Shown: positions 37,719 through 47,900 of the stretch, piece after piece
How positions within the stretch are numbered: position 1 is the stretch's first letter
Layout: each line of letters opens with the position of its first letter
DNA from: a virus
Taxonomy: Duplodnaviria; Caudoviricetes
DNA length: 59,498 nucleotides
Strand: one strand, 5' to 3'
IMG/VR virus record: IMGVR_UViG_3300027734_000078
Location: 1 to 59,498 of that record
Program-made: the position numbers and the translations under genes
Notes under the pieces: model-generated
Told to the model about the DNA's origin: nothing
What the model saw: the letters and a program-made list of their open reading frames with translations, nothing else
The model's database searches: none

Positions 37719-38843
37719 CTATGTTGTTTTACCTAATACATTATATAAACCTAGTCCTGCTAAACCTAAGCTGGCTACTTGTGATGCTGTAGATGGTTGC
37801 GGTGTATAAGCCACTTGTGTAGAACCAAGTGCACCTGCATTACCACGTAGAATATTACTTAAGTATTCAAGTTGTGATTTAGGATAGTTTTGTGCAGTCA
37901 AGAAGTTTTGATAAGCAACGTCAAGACCTTGTTGATTTTGTTGTTGTTGTTGAGCACCTGTAGCACCTTGAGCTTGAAGTCTAGCCAAGTCAGTTGTTTG
38001 TTGTTGAGCACCAAGTTGACCAAGAGCTTGTGAACCTTGTAGGCCAGCTTGTAAACCAGCAGTTCCTAATTGACCAAGGAGTCCTGCTTGTTGGCCATAG
38101 GCTGCTTGATTAAGTTGTTGAGCTTGTAATGACCTAGCTTGATCTTGATTAAATTGTTGCTGTGCATTCATGTATGCATCTTGTTGACCTTTAGTTCTTA
38201 AGTCAGCTATGTTTTGATTAGCGCCTCTTTCTTGTTCAGCTTGTAATAAAGTATTTCTAGCGCCACCAAACGTACCGCGACCTATAGCTCCTAGAGCGCC
38301 GGCTGATTTAGCTAAGTCTCTTTGTTTTTCAGCTTCTCGTACACCAATATCAGTTACATTAGAAGCATAGGGAGACATATAAGAAGCTGCAGCTGGGGCT
38401 CCAAATGTACCTGTTCCTACGCTCATAGGAGTATAACCCATAGCGCCTGTTAACCCTGCAAGTCCTGTACCTAGACCTAAAGTAGTACCTGCTCCTAGTC
38501 CCGCTGATGCTGGAGCAAATTGTCCTGGTGTAGCCATACCAAGTGTTTCTTTTTGTACAGCCTCTTGACCTGGAGTAAACCCTGCAACTCTAGCCCCTGT
38601 ATATGGAGTATAAGGTTGAACACCTGTTACATTACCAGAAGCATCTGTTGAATAAACATTCTGAGCAGTCGACTTCATTAACTGTTCATAGTAGGGCTTA
38701 GCGTATTCAGGTAAATTAGTAGAATATGAAGTAGAAGTCTGAGAACCACCACCGCCTCCGCCAGATGATCCGCCACCGCCTACATTAAGCGTAAAGAAAC
38801 TTATTAAGCTTTCTACCCAGTTAAACAGATTTAATAATTTCAT
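37719..38843 (-). CDS. putative DNA ejection (pilot) protein
   Basis: G/A/Q-rich, with GGGG..TSTS, YMSPY..NV and G.FGGAR motifs typical of podovirus internal proteins. Confidence 0.65.
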   Translation of the reverse strand: MKLLNLFNWVESLISFFTLNVGGGGSSGGGGGGSQTSTSYSTNLPEYAKPYYEQLMKSTAQNVYSTDASGNVTGVQPYTPYTGARVAGFTPGQEAVQKETLGMATPGQFAPASAGLGAGTTLGLGTGLAGLTGAMGYTPMSVGTGTFGAPAAASYMSPYASNVTDIGVREAEKQRDLAKSAGALGAIGRGTFGGARNTLLQAEQERGANQNIADLRTKGQQDAYMNAQQQFNQDQARSLQAQQLNQAAYGQQAGLLGQLGTAGLQAGLQGSQALGQLGAQQQTTDLARLQAQGATGAQQQQQNQQGLDVAYQNFLTAQNYPKSQLEYLSNILRGNAGALGSTQVAYTPQPSTASQVASLGLAGLGLYNVLGKTT

Positions 38844-39253
38844 AAAGTTTTCTCCACTACGTGTGATACCACATTAAGTCCTAATTTCATTTTAAATAAT
38901 CTTGCTTGTGCATCTTGAGCGTACGCTCTAATCTTCGTAATTCCATTACTTACACACCACTCTTCATATTGACTTACTGTATTTTTATCAAATAATCCTT
39001 TACCCCCCATAGTGGTAGTGTGTGCTACACGATGATTAGGATAAGTAATAACTTCTACTGTAAACGCTCCAACAATATTGTTGTCTTCTAATACAACAAA
39101 TAATACTTGAAATTCTTTAACTAACAACACTTTTAGATGTTCTACATCATAATCAGCATAGTCATAATTAATAATTGCAGTATTAAGTAAACCTCGTACT
39201 ACAGACCACACTGCATGTATGTGTCCAGGTGCTACTATTTGTACTGATTTCAT
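38840..39253 (-). CDS. GNAT-fold-like virion assembly protein
   Basis: Position and pattern (LFVV...IVGA.T.E...YPN.RV...GG). Confidence 0.5.
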   Translation of the reverse strand: MKSVQIVAPGHIHAVWSVVRGLLNTAIINYDYADYDVEHLKVLLVKEFQVLFVVLEDNNIVGAFTVEVITYPNHRVAHTTTMGGKGLFDKNTVSQYEEWCVSNGITKIRAYAQDAQARLFKMKLGLNVVSHVVEKTL

Positions 39254-40959
39254 GCCATTAAATATTTATTAGGGTTTATTTGTTTACCTTGTTTAGGATT
39301 ACCTGTTCTTGCTTTTCGTACTTTTTGCATCATTGCATATAATCTTTTTGATCCTGCTTTAGATGAACCGTTACCTAAATGAGATACAACATCTGCAGGC
39401 ACTACAAATTCACCATCAGCTAAACGTGCTGGTTGTTTTCCCTCTATTGTAGCAGGTATTGAGTCAGACATACCATCACCAGCGCCATCTAAATAACCGC
39501 CTTTTGCGCGGCCTTGTACTTTCATGGTATCTAATGAAGATCCTTTGTTACGTGCATCGAACGCAAATTGATCATATATTTCTCTGCCGGAAAGACCCTT
39601 ACCATCCAAAGGCGTCATTTTATACATTATAGATCTAAGTGTATTAGCATCTATATTATTGATACCCCTATCAGGTAAAGAACTAACCCCAGTATTTACA
39701 TTAAGTGTAGGAAGATTATTTAAATTCATGCCAACATCGCCACCTTCTGCATAACCATAAGTTTGTGCTTGAGTTTGCGATTGTTGCCTTGCCAAATTAT
39801 TAAGACGTCCAATACCATAATCATCTTTTGGTGTTTGTTGGGCTATAGTGCCATCAGGATTACCATATATACTAGAACCTGCAGTAGCCTCAATAGGACC
39901 ACCTATTGCATAAGAATTAATTGCACCACCATCGGCATAACCAGGAGGAGCTAGTTTTAATGGTCCTGGGCCACTTAAGTTTAATGTTCTGTATGGGTTA
40001 AATGCAGAAGAGTTAACATAACCATAGGTAGGTCTACCCATAGAATCTACACCAGTTTGTTCATAGGTTTGTTTTTCTTGTGCAGCTAAAGGTTCATCAT
40101 AAAAATCTTTAGGTTCAACTCCTGCTAATGCAGCTCCACCTATAGGCATATATAATTGAGAGGCTTTACCACCAGCGGCAGAAAAACTGTCTGCTAAACT
40201 AGGGTTATATAAAGCTGATTTAGATGTATCAGCTAAAGATAATGGTATATTAGGAGATGTACCTATAGTAGTTGCTGCTGATGGAGTCATACCAGATAAT
40301 AAATTAGTGCCTGGTTGATTATATAAAGGCCCTAAACTAATACCTTGACCTCCAGTTGTTCCTACTCCACTACCTAATACTTGAGTTTTTGGAAAAGAGG
40401 ACGCTAAATTATTTGCATTGGCTTCTAATGCTTGAGTTGTTAATTGATTACTTACAGGTTGAATTGAACTGCCTACAGTATTAATACCTTGTTTACCTAT
40501 TAAATCTGCATTTAATCCCGCAGTAGATTTACCTGCTCCCATTATGCCACTCATACCACCCATTTTAGAATAAACGTCACTTAAACCAAACCCACCATAA
40601 GCACCTAAACCGGCCATTAAACCTTGACCTAAATTACCTGTTAATGCTGCGGTAGCTCCGCCTACTAAAAGCCCTGTACCTAAAGCAGAACCCATAAATG
40701 AACCTGATTCAAACAGTCCTGAAGCAAAACCTCCAGGGCCTAAGGCAAAACCAGCTGCCACAGGAAGTATTGCTTTAAATACTTTGCCTAAACTAAACGC
40801 TTCTGGCATACCAGTATGAGGATTAATAGATAAAGATGCACCATGTTGCTTAGCTAATGCTTGCAAACCCGCAACTTCTTCTTGATTCATATGGACGATT
40901 AAATCGTCACCATATCTACCTAGGGAAGCTATACCTTGAGCTGTGTGATGTGCTGTCAT
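39250..40959 (-). CDS. putative internal virion protein
   Basis: GRYGD..IVHM...INPHTGMPEAF N-terminus and G.GDGMSDSIPA...ARLADGEFVVPADVV C-terminus. Confidence 0.65.
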   Translation of the reverse strand: MTAHHTAQGIASLGRYGDDLIVHMNQEEVAGLQALAKQHGASLSINPHTGMPEAFSLGKVFKAILPVAAGFALGPGGFASGLFESGSFMGSALGTGLLVGGATAALTGNLGQGLMAGLGAYGGFGLSDVYSKMGGMSGIMGAGKSTAGLNADLIGKQGINTVGSSIQPVSNQLTTQALEANANNLASSFPKTQVLGSGVGTTGGQGISLGPLYNQPGTNLLSGMTPSAATTIGTSPNIPLSLADTSKSALYNPSLADSFSAAGGKASQLYMPIGGAALAGVEPKDFYDEPLAAQEKQTYEQTGVDSMGRPTYGYVNSSAFNPYRTLNLSGPGPLKLAPPGYADGGAINSYAIGGPIEATAGSSIYGNPDGTIAQQTPKDDYGIGRLNNLARQQSQTQAQTYGYAEGGDVGMNLNNLPTLNVNTGVSSLPDRGINNIDANTLRSIMYKMTPLDGKGLSGREIYDQFAFDARNKGSSLDTMKVQGRAKGGYLDGAGDGMSDSIPATIEGKQPARLADGEFVVPADVVSHLGNGSSKAGSKRLYAMMQKVRKARTGNPKQGKQINPNKYLMA

Positions 40960-41003
40960 ACGAAGTCCTTGAATTTATCTAATAATATCATGTTTCTAAG
41001 CCC

Positions 41004-41366
41004 TTATGCTACTGTAATTGTAGGCGCTATGCCTGTTAATGCTACTGTTCTAGTTGGTACAATGTTGCCATTTAATATTACTGTTGGGGCTACACCCACT
41101 AAGTTAACTGAGTTTGTTAATGGATTAATTGTGTTTGCTAAGACAATCTTTAAGTACCCACCATCATTATAAACCGTACCTATACGTTGACCCACTGCAG
41201 TTGTAGGTAGGGCCAGCAATGTTAACTGATCTATAACTATAGGTGTAGTAGAACCCGTTTGCCTAAAATACGTATTTAACGCTCGTACTAACTGATTAAA
41301 ATATTCAGCATCATAATCCCTAGGCGCTAAGGGCAGTGTTGGCGCTGTAAATAGTTGTAAAGCCAT
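41004..41366 (-). CDS. structural protein with C-terminal beta-repeat units
   Basis: APTLPLAP..YD..YFNQL followed by LVGVAP and LTGIAP repeats. Confidence 0.65.
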   Translation of the reverse strand: MALQLFTAPTLPLAPRDYDAEYFNQLVRALNTYFRQTGSTTPIVIDQLTLLALPTTAVGQRIGTVYNDGGYLKIVLANTINPLTNSVNLVGVAPTVILNGNIVPTRTVALTGIAPTITVA

Positions 41367-41367
41367 G

Positions 41368-43302
41368 TTAGCTTCTTAGTCCATCAGGACGCGCGTCGAC
41401 ACGAGGTAACCCAAGTTGCCATTGAACCCCTACTCCAGTAGATGCTATTTTAAAATTCATTTGCCTGCCACGTGCACGTATAAAGACTTGATTAGTATAT
41501 AAGTCTACTGTAGCTTCTGTAGTCACTGTTTGTGTCGTTGTTTGACCTTCAGCGTTTGTAGTAGAACTTGCAGCACCTGGGAAATTACGTACTCCTACAG
41601 TCATAGTCACTGCGGGTACGAGTGGAGCTCCGGTAACAGAATTAGTTGTGTCTGAAGAATTAAAATTAACATCGGGGATGACACGGCGTATAAGCATATA
41701 TTTTTCACCGTCCTCAATATCAACATCAGCAGATTGAATATAAGCATTAATAGCAACGGGTGCGGCATTTAAAGGTTGACCATTATCGTGACCATTTTCG
41801 TGTTGGTATAAATAACCATTATCTGTAGCAAGAGGGTAACTTACAATACCTGCATCAATCCATGTAGTTCTTTCAATAGCACCAAAGTACCAAATGTTTT
41901 CAATATAGTTGTAGATGACATAACGATCAATTTCAGTAGAATTCGTTGAACAATAGAACCAAACAACTTCGTTAAACTGAGCATTAGAGCCTGCAAAGAA
42001 TATTTCACGTTGCGCTTTATTATAATTATTAAATACAAATTGACGAAGTGTACAAGGTAAGGTATCTACACGTCCTGAGTAAGCATAAAATTTATCGTAG
42101 CCCATCCAGTAAACAATGTTATTTACAGCAACAACAGTATTAGAACCTGCGATAGAAATGCTTTGAGAAACAAGTTGTTGGCTAAATACTTCTGAAGTAC
42201 CTAAATATTGGAGCGATGTAAGTGATGTATCAGTAAATATAAGTACTTCTTGTTTAGTAGAGATTCCAGATACGATGTGTGAACCTGCTTGTAGTCTTAA
42301 GAATCCTGCTGTATTAGTTAAAGTAGGTTGCCACACTTCAGGTTCAGGGCCTATATCAGCATCCACGTTAGACCAGCGAACAAGTAATGGATCAAAGGTA
42401 CCTAGGTAGTTAGGTGCTGAAGCAGTAGCATCATAGTTAGTACAACCTAAAGCAAGCAAGAAACCTTGTGGAGAGAATAGTATTTTAGTCACTTGTTGGG
42501 GTACAGCTACAGCCCCTGTAATACTTGATAATAAAACAGCACGCGTATTAAAAGAACTTGTATAAACCCAATAATAAATATCAGCAGCTTGTATATTAAA
42601 CACTAAGTCATTATTAAATTTATCTTGAAAGATTAAACGAGGTGGATAATAAACAGGTACTGTAGAACCTTGACCCCATCCGTTACGTCCCCAAGCACCA
42701 GCACCCCAGCCATAACCGGCTGTATTATAAGCATACCCTGGATTAATTTGAAACGCGGCAGTAATACTTGTACCACCACCTGAAGCCACTGTAGAAGTTG
42801 CAGCTGAAGCTACTTTAATAGTAAAGGTACTAGCTGATACATAAGTGATTACAAATTCTTTATTTAAATTAGTTGCACTAACACCACCTACAGCTACTGC
42901 ACCAGAGAAAGTAACATAAGCCCCATCAGTTGCACCATGATTTGCAATAGTGACTAAAACGGTAGTAGAGCCGCTGGTTGTGCCAAAGCAGTTATCAGTA
43001 GTAGGAGATGTAAAGGTCTGACGTATAGGCGTAATATCGGTAATTTGAGTACCATTAACTACATACATCTTTAGATTAGTACCAATACCTGTGAGGTCAT
43101 TAGTATCTGTTGTAGACCAATTAAAAATACTACGAGCAACGCCTACATAAGCAGTTTGATTTTGTACAACCCAGCCACCAATCTTTTCAGGGAAGCCTGA
43201 ACGAAAGCGTACTTTATCCATGTCATACCAAGAGCCCTCAGACGCATAATTAGTCTGATCTCTATTAACTCCTGGTTTAAATACTAATTTACTTAATGGC
43301 AT
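41368..43302 (-). CDS. tail nozzle / head-stabilisation protein (P22 gp10 or T7 gp12-like)
   Basis: 644 aa, beta-rich, with KVRFRSG.PEKIGGW, VRWS, FY.YSG.V..LPC and RARGRQ. Confidence 0.7.
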   Translation of the reverse strand: MPLSKLVFKPGVNRDQTNYASEGSWYDMDKVRFRSGFPEKIGGWVVQNQTAYVGVARSIFNWSTTDTNDLTGIGTNLKMYVVNGTQITDITPIRQTFTSPTTDNCFGTTSGSTTVLVTIANHGATDGAYVTFSGAVAVGGVSATNLNKEFVITYVSASTFTIKVASAATSTVASGGGTSITAAFQINPGYAYNTAGYGWGAGAWGRNGWGQGSTVPVYYPPRLIFQDKFNNDLVFNIQAADIYYWVYTSSFNTRAVLLSSITGAVAVPQQVTKILFSPQGFLLALGCTNYDATASAPNYLGTFDPLLVRWSNVDADIGPEPEVWQPTLTNTAGFLRLQAGSHIVSGISTKQEVLIFTDTSLTSLQYLGTSEVFSQQLVSQSISIAGSNTVVAVNNIVYWMGYDKFYAYSGRVDTLPCTLRQFVFNNYNKAQREIFFAGSNAQFNEVVWFYCSTNSTEIDRYVIYNYIENIWYFGAIERTTWIDAGIVSYPLATDNGYLYQHENGHDNGQPLNAAPVAINAYIQSADVDIEDGEKYMLIRRVIPDVNFNSSDTTNSVTGAPLVPAVTMTVGVRNFPGAASSTTNAEGQTTTQTVTTEATVDLYTNQVFIRARGRQMNFKIASTGVGVQWQLGLPRVDARPDGLRS

Positions 43303-43751
43303 TATTTACTTTCAAAGAGTGCACGTTCATCTAATCTACGAGTTTGTAGACCTTTGAGTATTTTACCACCTGCACGGCAGTATTTAATTAATGATTCCAT
43401 AGCTTGTTTTTTATCATTGCGAAGCAACGCTTGACGGAGTGTTGATCGCTGAAATGTACCCAAGCCAAGATTAAAGGCAAAAGATACCAAGCAATCAAAT
43501 TCACATTGTCTAAGAGGCACGTTAGGTAACATCTTAGATATTCCCAGCTCGAAGCGACGTAAGTCGGATTTAAGAAGTCCATCTATTTCAGCTTCCGTAA
43601 AAGTTCTGTTCCAAGAATCAGGCAACAATTTGCCATCCCCGATAAGATGACCCACACCAACAGTCCACAAGTTTGCAGGGCAACGATAGGGACGACTACG
43701 CACACCCTCGTGATGTTTGATAAGAGCGATGCCAGCTTTTGATACATTCAC
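43302..43751 (-). CDS. endolysin, GH24 lysozyme
   Basis: IKHHEG.R..PY.CPA..WTVGVGH, FD.LVSFAFNLG, GL..RR..E. Confidence 0.95.
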   Translation of the reverse strand: MNVSKAGIALIKHHEGVRSRPYRCPANLWTVGVGHLIGDGKLLPDSWNRTFTEAEIDGLLKSDLRRFELGISKMLPNVPLRQCEFDCLVSFAFNLGLGTFQRSTLRQALLRNDKKQAMESLIKYCRAGGKILKGLQTRRLDERALFESK

Positions 43752-44237
43752 TTATTTCTTTTCCCAAGTTCTAGCTCCGAAGTAAAAGCCAATGATAGAA
43801 CCTACAATAGCCATTTCATCAGTAGAGAATATAATATCCATAGCTTCACCACTAAAACCTACAGTCTTAACAGCCCAAATAAAACCGCCAATATCGACAA
43901 ATAAAAGTAATGCTACAAAAGTGAAAGCAACAATAGGGCGGACACTTGCATTGAGAGTTCTAACCCATGGGGCTGCATCGTGTACAAGTTTTGCATCGTG
44001 TTCATAAAGTGCTTGGCGTTCTTGTGTAAATGTTTCTGCATAAGTACCCTCCAAATTAATCGCTGCTATTTTTTCTTGAGATACAAAACCTTTTTCAGCC
44101 ATAAGTAATGATTGTTCATTTTGTAATCTAGCCATCTCACGTTCATGAGACTGATCTCCCTTTTGTTGAAAGAATCCTAATATGCTAGGTAGTCCTGCAG
44201 TTGCAAAACCTAATATGGATGAGAGAATACTAAACAT
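43752..44237 (-). CDS. holin (GTA-type 3TM family)
   Basis: SVRP, TM helices and IIGFYFG.R, adjacent to the lysozyme. Confidence 0.75.
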   Translation of the reverse strand: MFSILSSILGFATAGLPSILGFFQQKGDQSHEREMARLQNEQSLLMAEKGFVSQEKIAAINLEGTYAETFTQERQALYEHDAKLVHDAAPWVRTLNASVRPIVAFTFVALLLFVDIGGFIWAVKTVGFSGEAMDIIFSTDEMAIVGSIIGFYFGARTWEKK

Positions 44238-44509
44238 TATTTAAATCCTTTTGATTTTTCATGTTCTTCTAAAATACGGATACGTACATTAAGTTCACCC
44301 ATCTGAGCTCTTAATTCTTCTTTCAATCTAGCTCTTGCTTCTGCTGAGATTGGGCTGTCAGTGGGTACACCTTGTTCTGTAATTAGATTAGGCATTTTAG
44401 ATTTGATACTGATGAGGTCTGCTTGTATAGACGCCATTGAAGTAAGTAACCAAGCAATAGCCGAGACTATCACTGGGAACAACATGCTCGTTATTTTTTC
44501 CATATTCAT
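44237..44509 (-). CDS. membrane-anchored coiled-coil protein in the lysis cassette
   Basis: N-terminal TM followed by coiled coil. Confidence 0.6.
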   Translation of the reverse strand: MNMEKITSMLFPVIVSAIAWLLTSMASIQADLISIKSKMPNLITEQGVPTDSPISAEARARLKEELRAQMGELNVRIRILEEHEKSKGFK

Positions 44510-44510
44510 T

Positions 44511-44579
44511 TTAACCCCCTAAACAATGTACCCAGCTAAGTAAACAAAGCGTTATTAAAACCCCAACTAGGATCTTCAT
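44511..44579 (-). CDS. possible 22-aa membrane peptide
   Basis: MKILVGVLITLCLLSWVHCLGG, TAATG-coupled and fills the gap. Confidence 0.3.
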   Translation of the reverse strand: MKILVGVLITLCLLSWVHCLGG

Positions 44580-44947
44580 TATTCACCTACGGGTACTTCA
44601 ACCCAAGCTGTCGTTGCTTCATCCCATGTATAACGTTTATCATCTGTAGGCATAGCTACTGGAGCTTCCCACTGTGCTGTTTCATTATTTAATGTCCAGC
44701 TTGCAAAAGGTTGTGGTGGAATAAAAGCGTCTAGTGTAGCGTCATACTTGTATCCTACACCTGCGTAGTTCTTACGGATATTAGCGTTGTATGATGTTTG
44801 AACCCATTTACCACCAAGTAAGTTAGTGCAGAACTCAATGCCTATAGCTTCGTTCTCTACACCGTCTTGATCGGCTGTGTCTTGGTTAGCAACTACAATC
44901 ACTTGTGTTACTAGGTTTTCTGCGTTAAGTTGTGCGAAATGTGCCAT
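44579..44947 (-). CDS. tail fiber-associated protein
   Basis: MAHFA..., WVQTSYN..IRKNYAG.G..YD...DAFIPPQP..SW, following the fiber gene. Confidence 0.75.
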   Translation of the reverse strand: MAHFAQLNAENLVTQVIVVANQDTADQDGVENEAIGIEFCTNLLGGKWVQTSYNANIRKNYAGVGYKYDATLDAFIPPQPFASWTLNNETAQWEAPVAMPTDDKRYTWDEATTAWVEVPVGE

Positions 44948-44959
44948 GTGTTTCTCCTG

Positions 44960-47900
44960 TTAAAATGCGTTACTATTCTTAAATGGGTTAGATGCAAATG
45001 CGGCAAATATATATGTAGCACTTGATTGATTATCAAATCCTGATGTGTTTCTAATTTTAAATCCGTTAGATAAAAAGTCTATATATTGTGCTGAATCTGC
45101 GCCTGTTTCTGCATTAGCAGTATTAGCTTGTAATCTGCCGCCACCTAATCCCATAGGATTATATAAATCTCTTGGTATATCATATATAGCCCATTCACCA
45201 GCAATACTTGAAGATTTAATCATTATATATTTAGGTAAAAATCCTGTGTATACGAATACACCATCAGCACTACCATTACCTGTATAAGAACCAAATGAGC
45301 TAAACCCTGCTATAGGTGTCCAACAATAAGCTATCATACCTTCACCACTTACATTTGTGCTACTACTGCCTAAATATATAAGAGTGGAAGAAGGGTTAGC
45401 CGTAAAATAACTATTTGTGGTTACTGCGGCAGATGTTTCATTTAATGCTAGATATTGTGTTGCAGTTGCACCTGGAAATTTAGTAGCCCAAGCACCTGAA
45501 CCGCCTGATCCTCGTTCTTTAACTATTACAAAAGTAGGTGCTACACCTAAACCATGCCCTACAGTAGCTCCACTTGTTCCATTACCTGTGTAACTTACTA
45601 TGCTAAACCCAGCAGTTGTATTTACAGATACAGTAGATGTAATAGAGCCTGAAGTGTTAGATGATGTTGAGCCTTGACCAGCTTGCCATTGCCAACCTAC
45701 AAAAGTAAGAGCATTAGCATTTACATCACCTTCATCTCCAAGCGTCATACCATTAGAATTAAATGCTGTAACACCTGCAACTGTATCTTCTGCTGCTGTG
45801 TCATTAGACACTAATCTCTTTGAGGTGCCTCTTACAGAATCATAAAGGTTATGTTTTCTTGTTGAACTTCTATTTTTTACCCATACTAAATCAGGTTTAA
45901 ATAATGCTTGGTTTACTATAACTTGTGATGCTGGACCAACACCTGTCCATAGCGTTGCATCCATATACTTATTACCCTGTAATATAGTAGGGGTAGGTAG
46001 GTTATATGTGTTTAGTGCTACAAAGCCTGTAGGTGGTGTGTAAGAGAATGGTCGTTGTCCAAAGTTATAATATTGTGCTTGATCATTTGTTCCATTATAA
46101 GAAGTATTGCCAGCTACTACATCTGTAGATGAAAATGTTCTTGTTGCTACTTGACCAGTTCCGCCAGCAGGGTTTCCTGAATTTAACCATGTGCCATTAT
46201 ATCCAGCATATACTTTTCCATTATCAACATCCAAAGCAAGCATTAAATTTACAGATGTTCCTGTAATTCCTGTTACATTAGTACCTTGAACACCATCATC
46301 TATTGGTGCAACATAGTCACTAAATAAATGACATAGTATTCCATCAAAACCTTCGCCAGTTGTATATTGATAAAGAATTGCACTATTTGTTGGGATAAAT
46401 GTGGCAGAGTCAACAACTCCTAAAGATGAGTTATTACCTGAACCTGCATAAACAGTTGCAGTAGCTTCTATATAATATTTACCTGAAGTTGGTATTGCAA
46501 TAGTAGAAAATGCTGTTCCCCAATTACTAGCACCAGATGTTGGAATAGCGTATAAGTTACCTTCTGTTAATGAAGTTTGGCTAGTATTTAAAGCTAATGG
46601 GTTCAACACAGCATAATTAGCCACAGTCGCACTTGTATTAGTAGGCACATCAGTCATAGCATCATAGGTTGTGCCAGTAGTAATTGAGATGTTGTTAGTA
46701 GTCCAATAGTTTCCGTTGCCTGATGTGTCTTTACCTAGACCTGCATTAGATGAAGTTGTAAGAGCTGAAGTATCAGCAAAGGTTAGGTAGAAACCATTAG
46801 TGCCATACATACCTGTGTATTTAATTGGTTTCCAATTTCCATATGAATCATTGTTACCAAAGTAATAGGGAGCTAAAACTTGACCGTCTATAAAGTTTAC
46901 ATCTGCTAAATATCCATCAAGATAATATCCTGCATAATCACCATACTTGCCTATAGCATTTACTACTGAAGCACTACTGTTCATAAAGGTATTAGCACCT
47001 GTTGAAGAACCTGTTGTAGTTTGTTGATTACCATTAACATAAATATTATATGTTGTGCCATTGTAATTTGTTACAACATGATACCAAGCTGAAGGATCAC
47101 GAAATACTGCGGATGTTACTACTGAAACAGTAGTAAAATTAAACTCTAATTGGTCTGAAGCATTAAAAAACAATCCTGTAGAAATAGTGCCAGCTTGTCT
47201 TGAATACACTAAAGCTTGTTGAGAACCTAATGTTCCTCTTTTTACCCATAAACTTAAAGTCCAACTTGTAGGTGTTGATGCAGGTGTTCTATTTAGATAA
47301 GCAGATGCACTAGCTCTAAATCTTAATGAGTTATTTAGGTTATTTGTTAATGGTGTTAAAGCACCTGATGCTAAAAATGTGTGGATTGTATTACCACCTG
47401 ATGATGTGACTAAACCACCGTTAAATACTTGTGAGCCAGCGTATGAGATAATCACAACTCCGCTACCACCAGAGCCGCCTGTTCCTGATCCTGCACCGCC
47501 TGCACCACCTATACCACCACCACCACCACCTAAATTAGCTGTTCCTGATCCGCCTGATAAAGCTCCTGTTGTGCCAGCAGCTCCATTTCCACCACCACCT
47601 GCACCGCCGCTTCCAGCAGTGCCTGTATAAGCACCAGCTCCACCACCACCAGCATAGGTTACTGAAGAACCAGTTATAGATGAAGCAGAGCCTGCACCAC
47701 CGTTACCACCATTTATTGTTGATGCGTTTGCTCCTACAGCACTTGCACCACCACCACCGCCAGCAGCATAATTAGGTACTCCATTTCCTGTTCCACCATT
47801 ATTACCTTGTCCTGATGTTCCTGTTCCGCCTGTCCCACCATTTGAATTAGCACCAGCACCTGAACCACCATTTTGTCCTGTAGTTGTTCCTGCACCACCA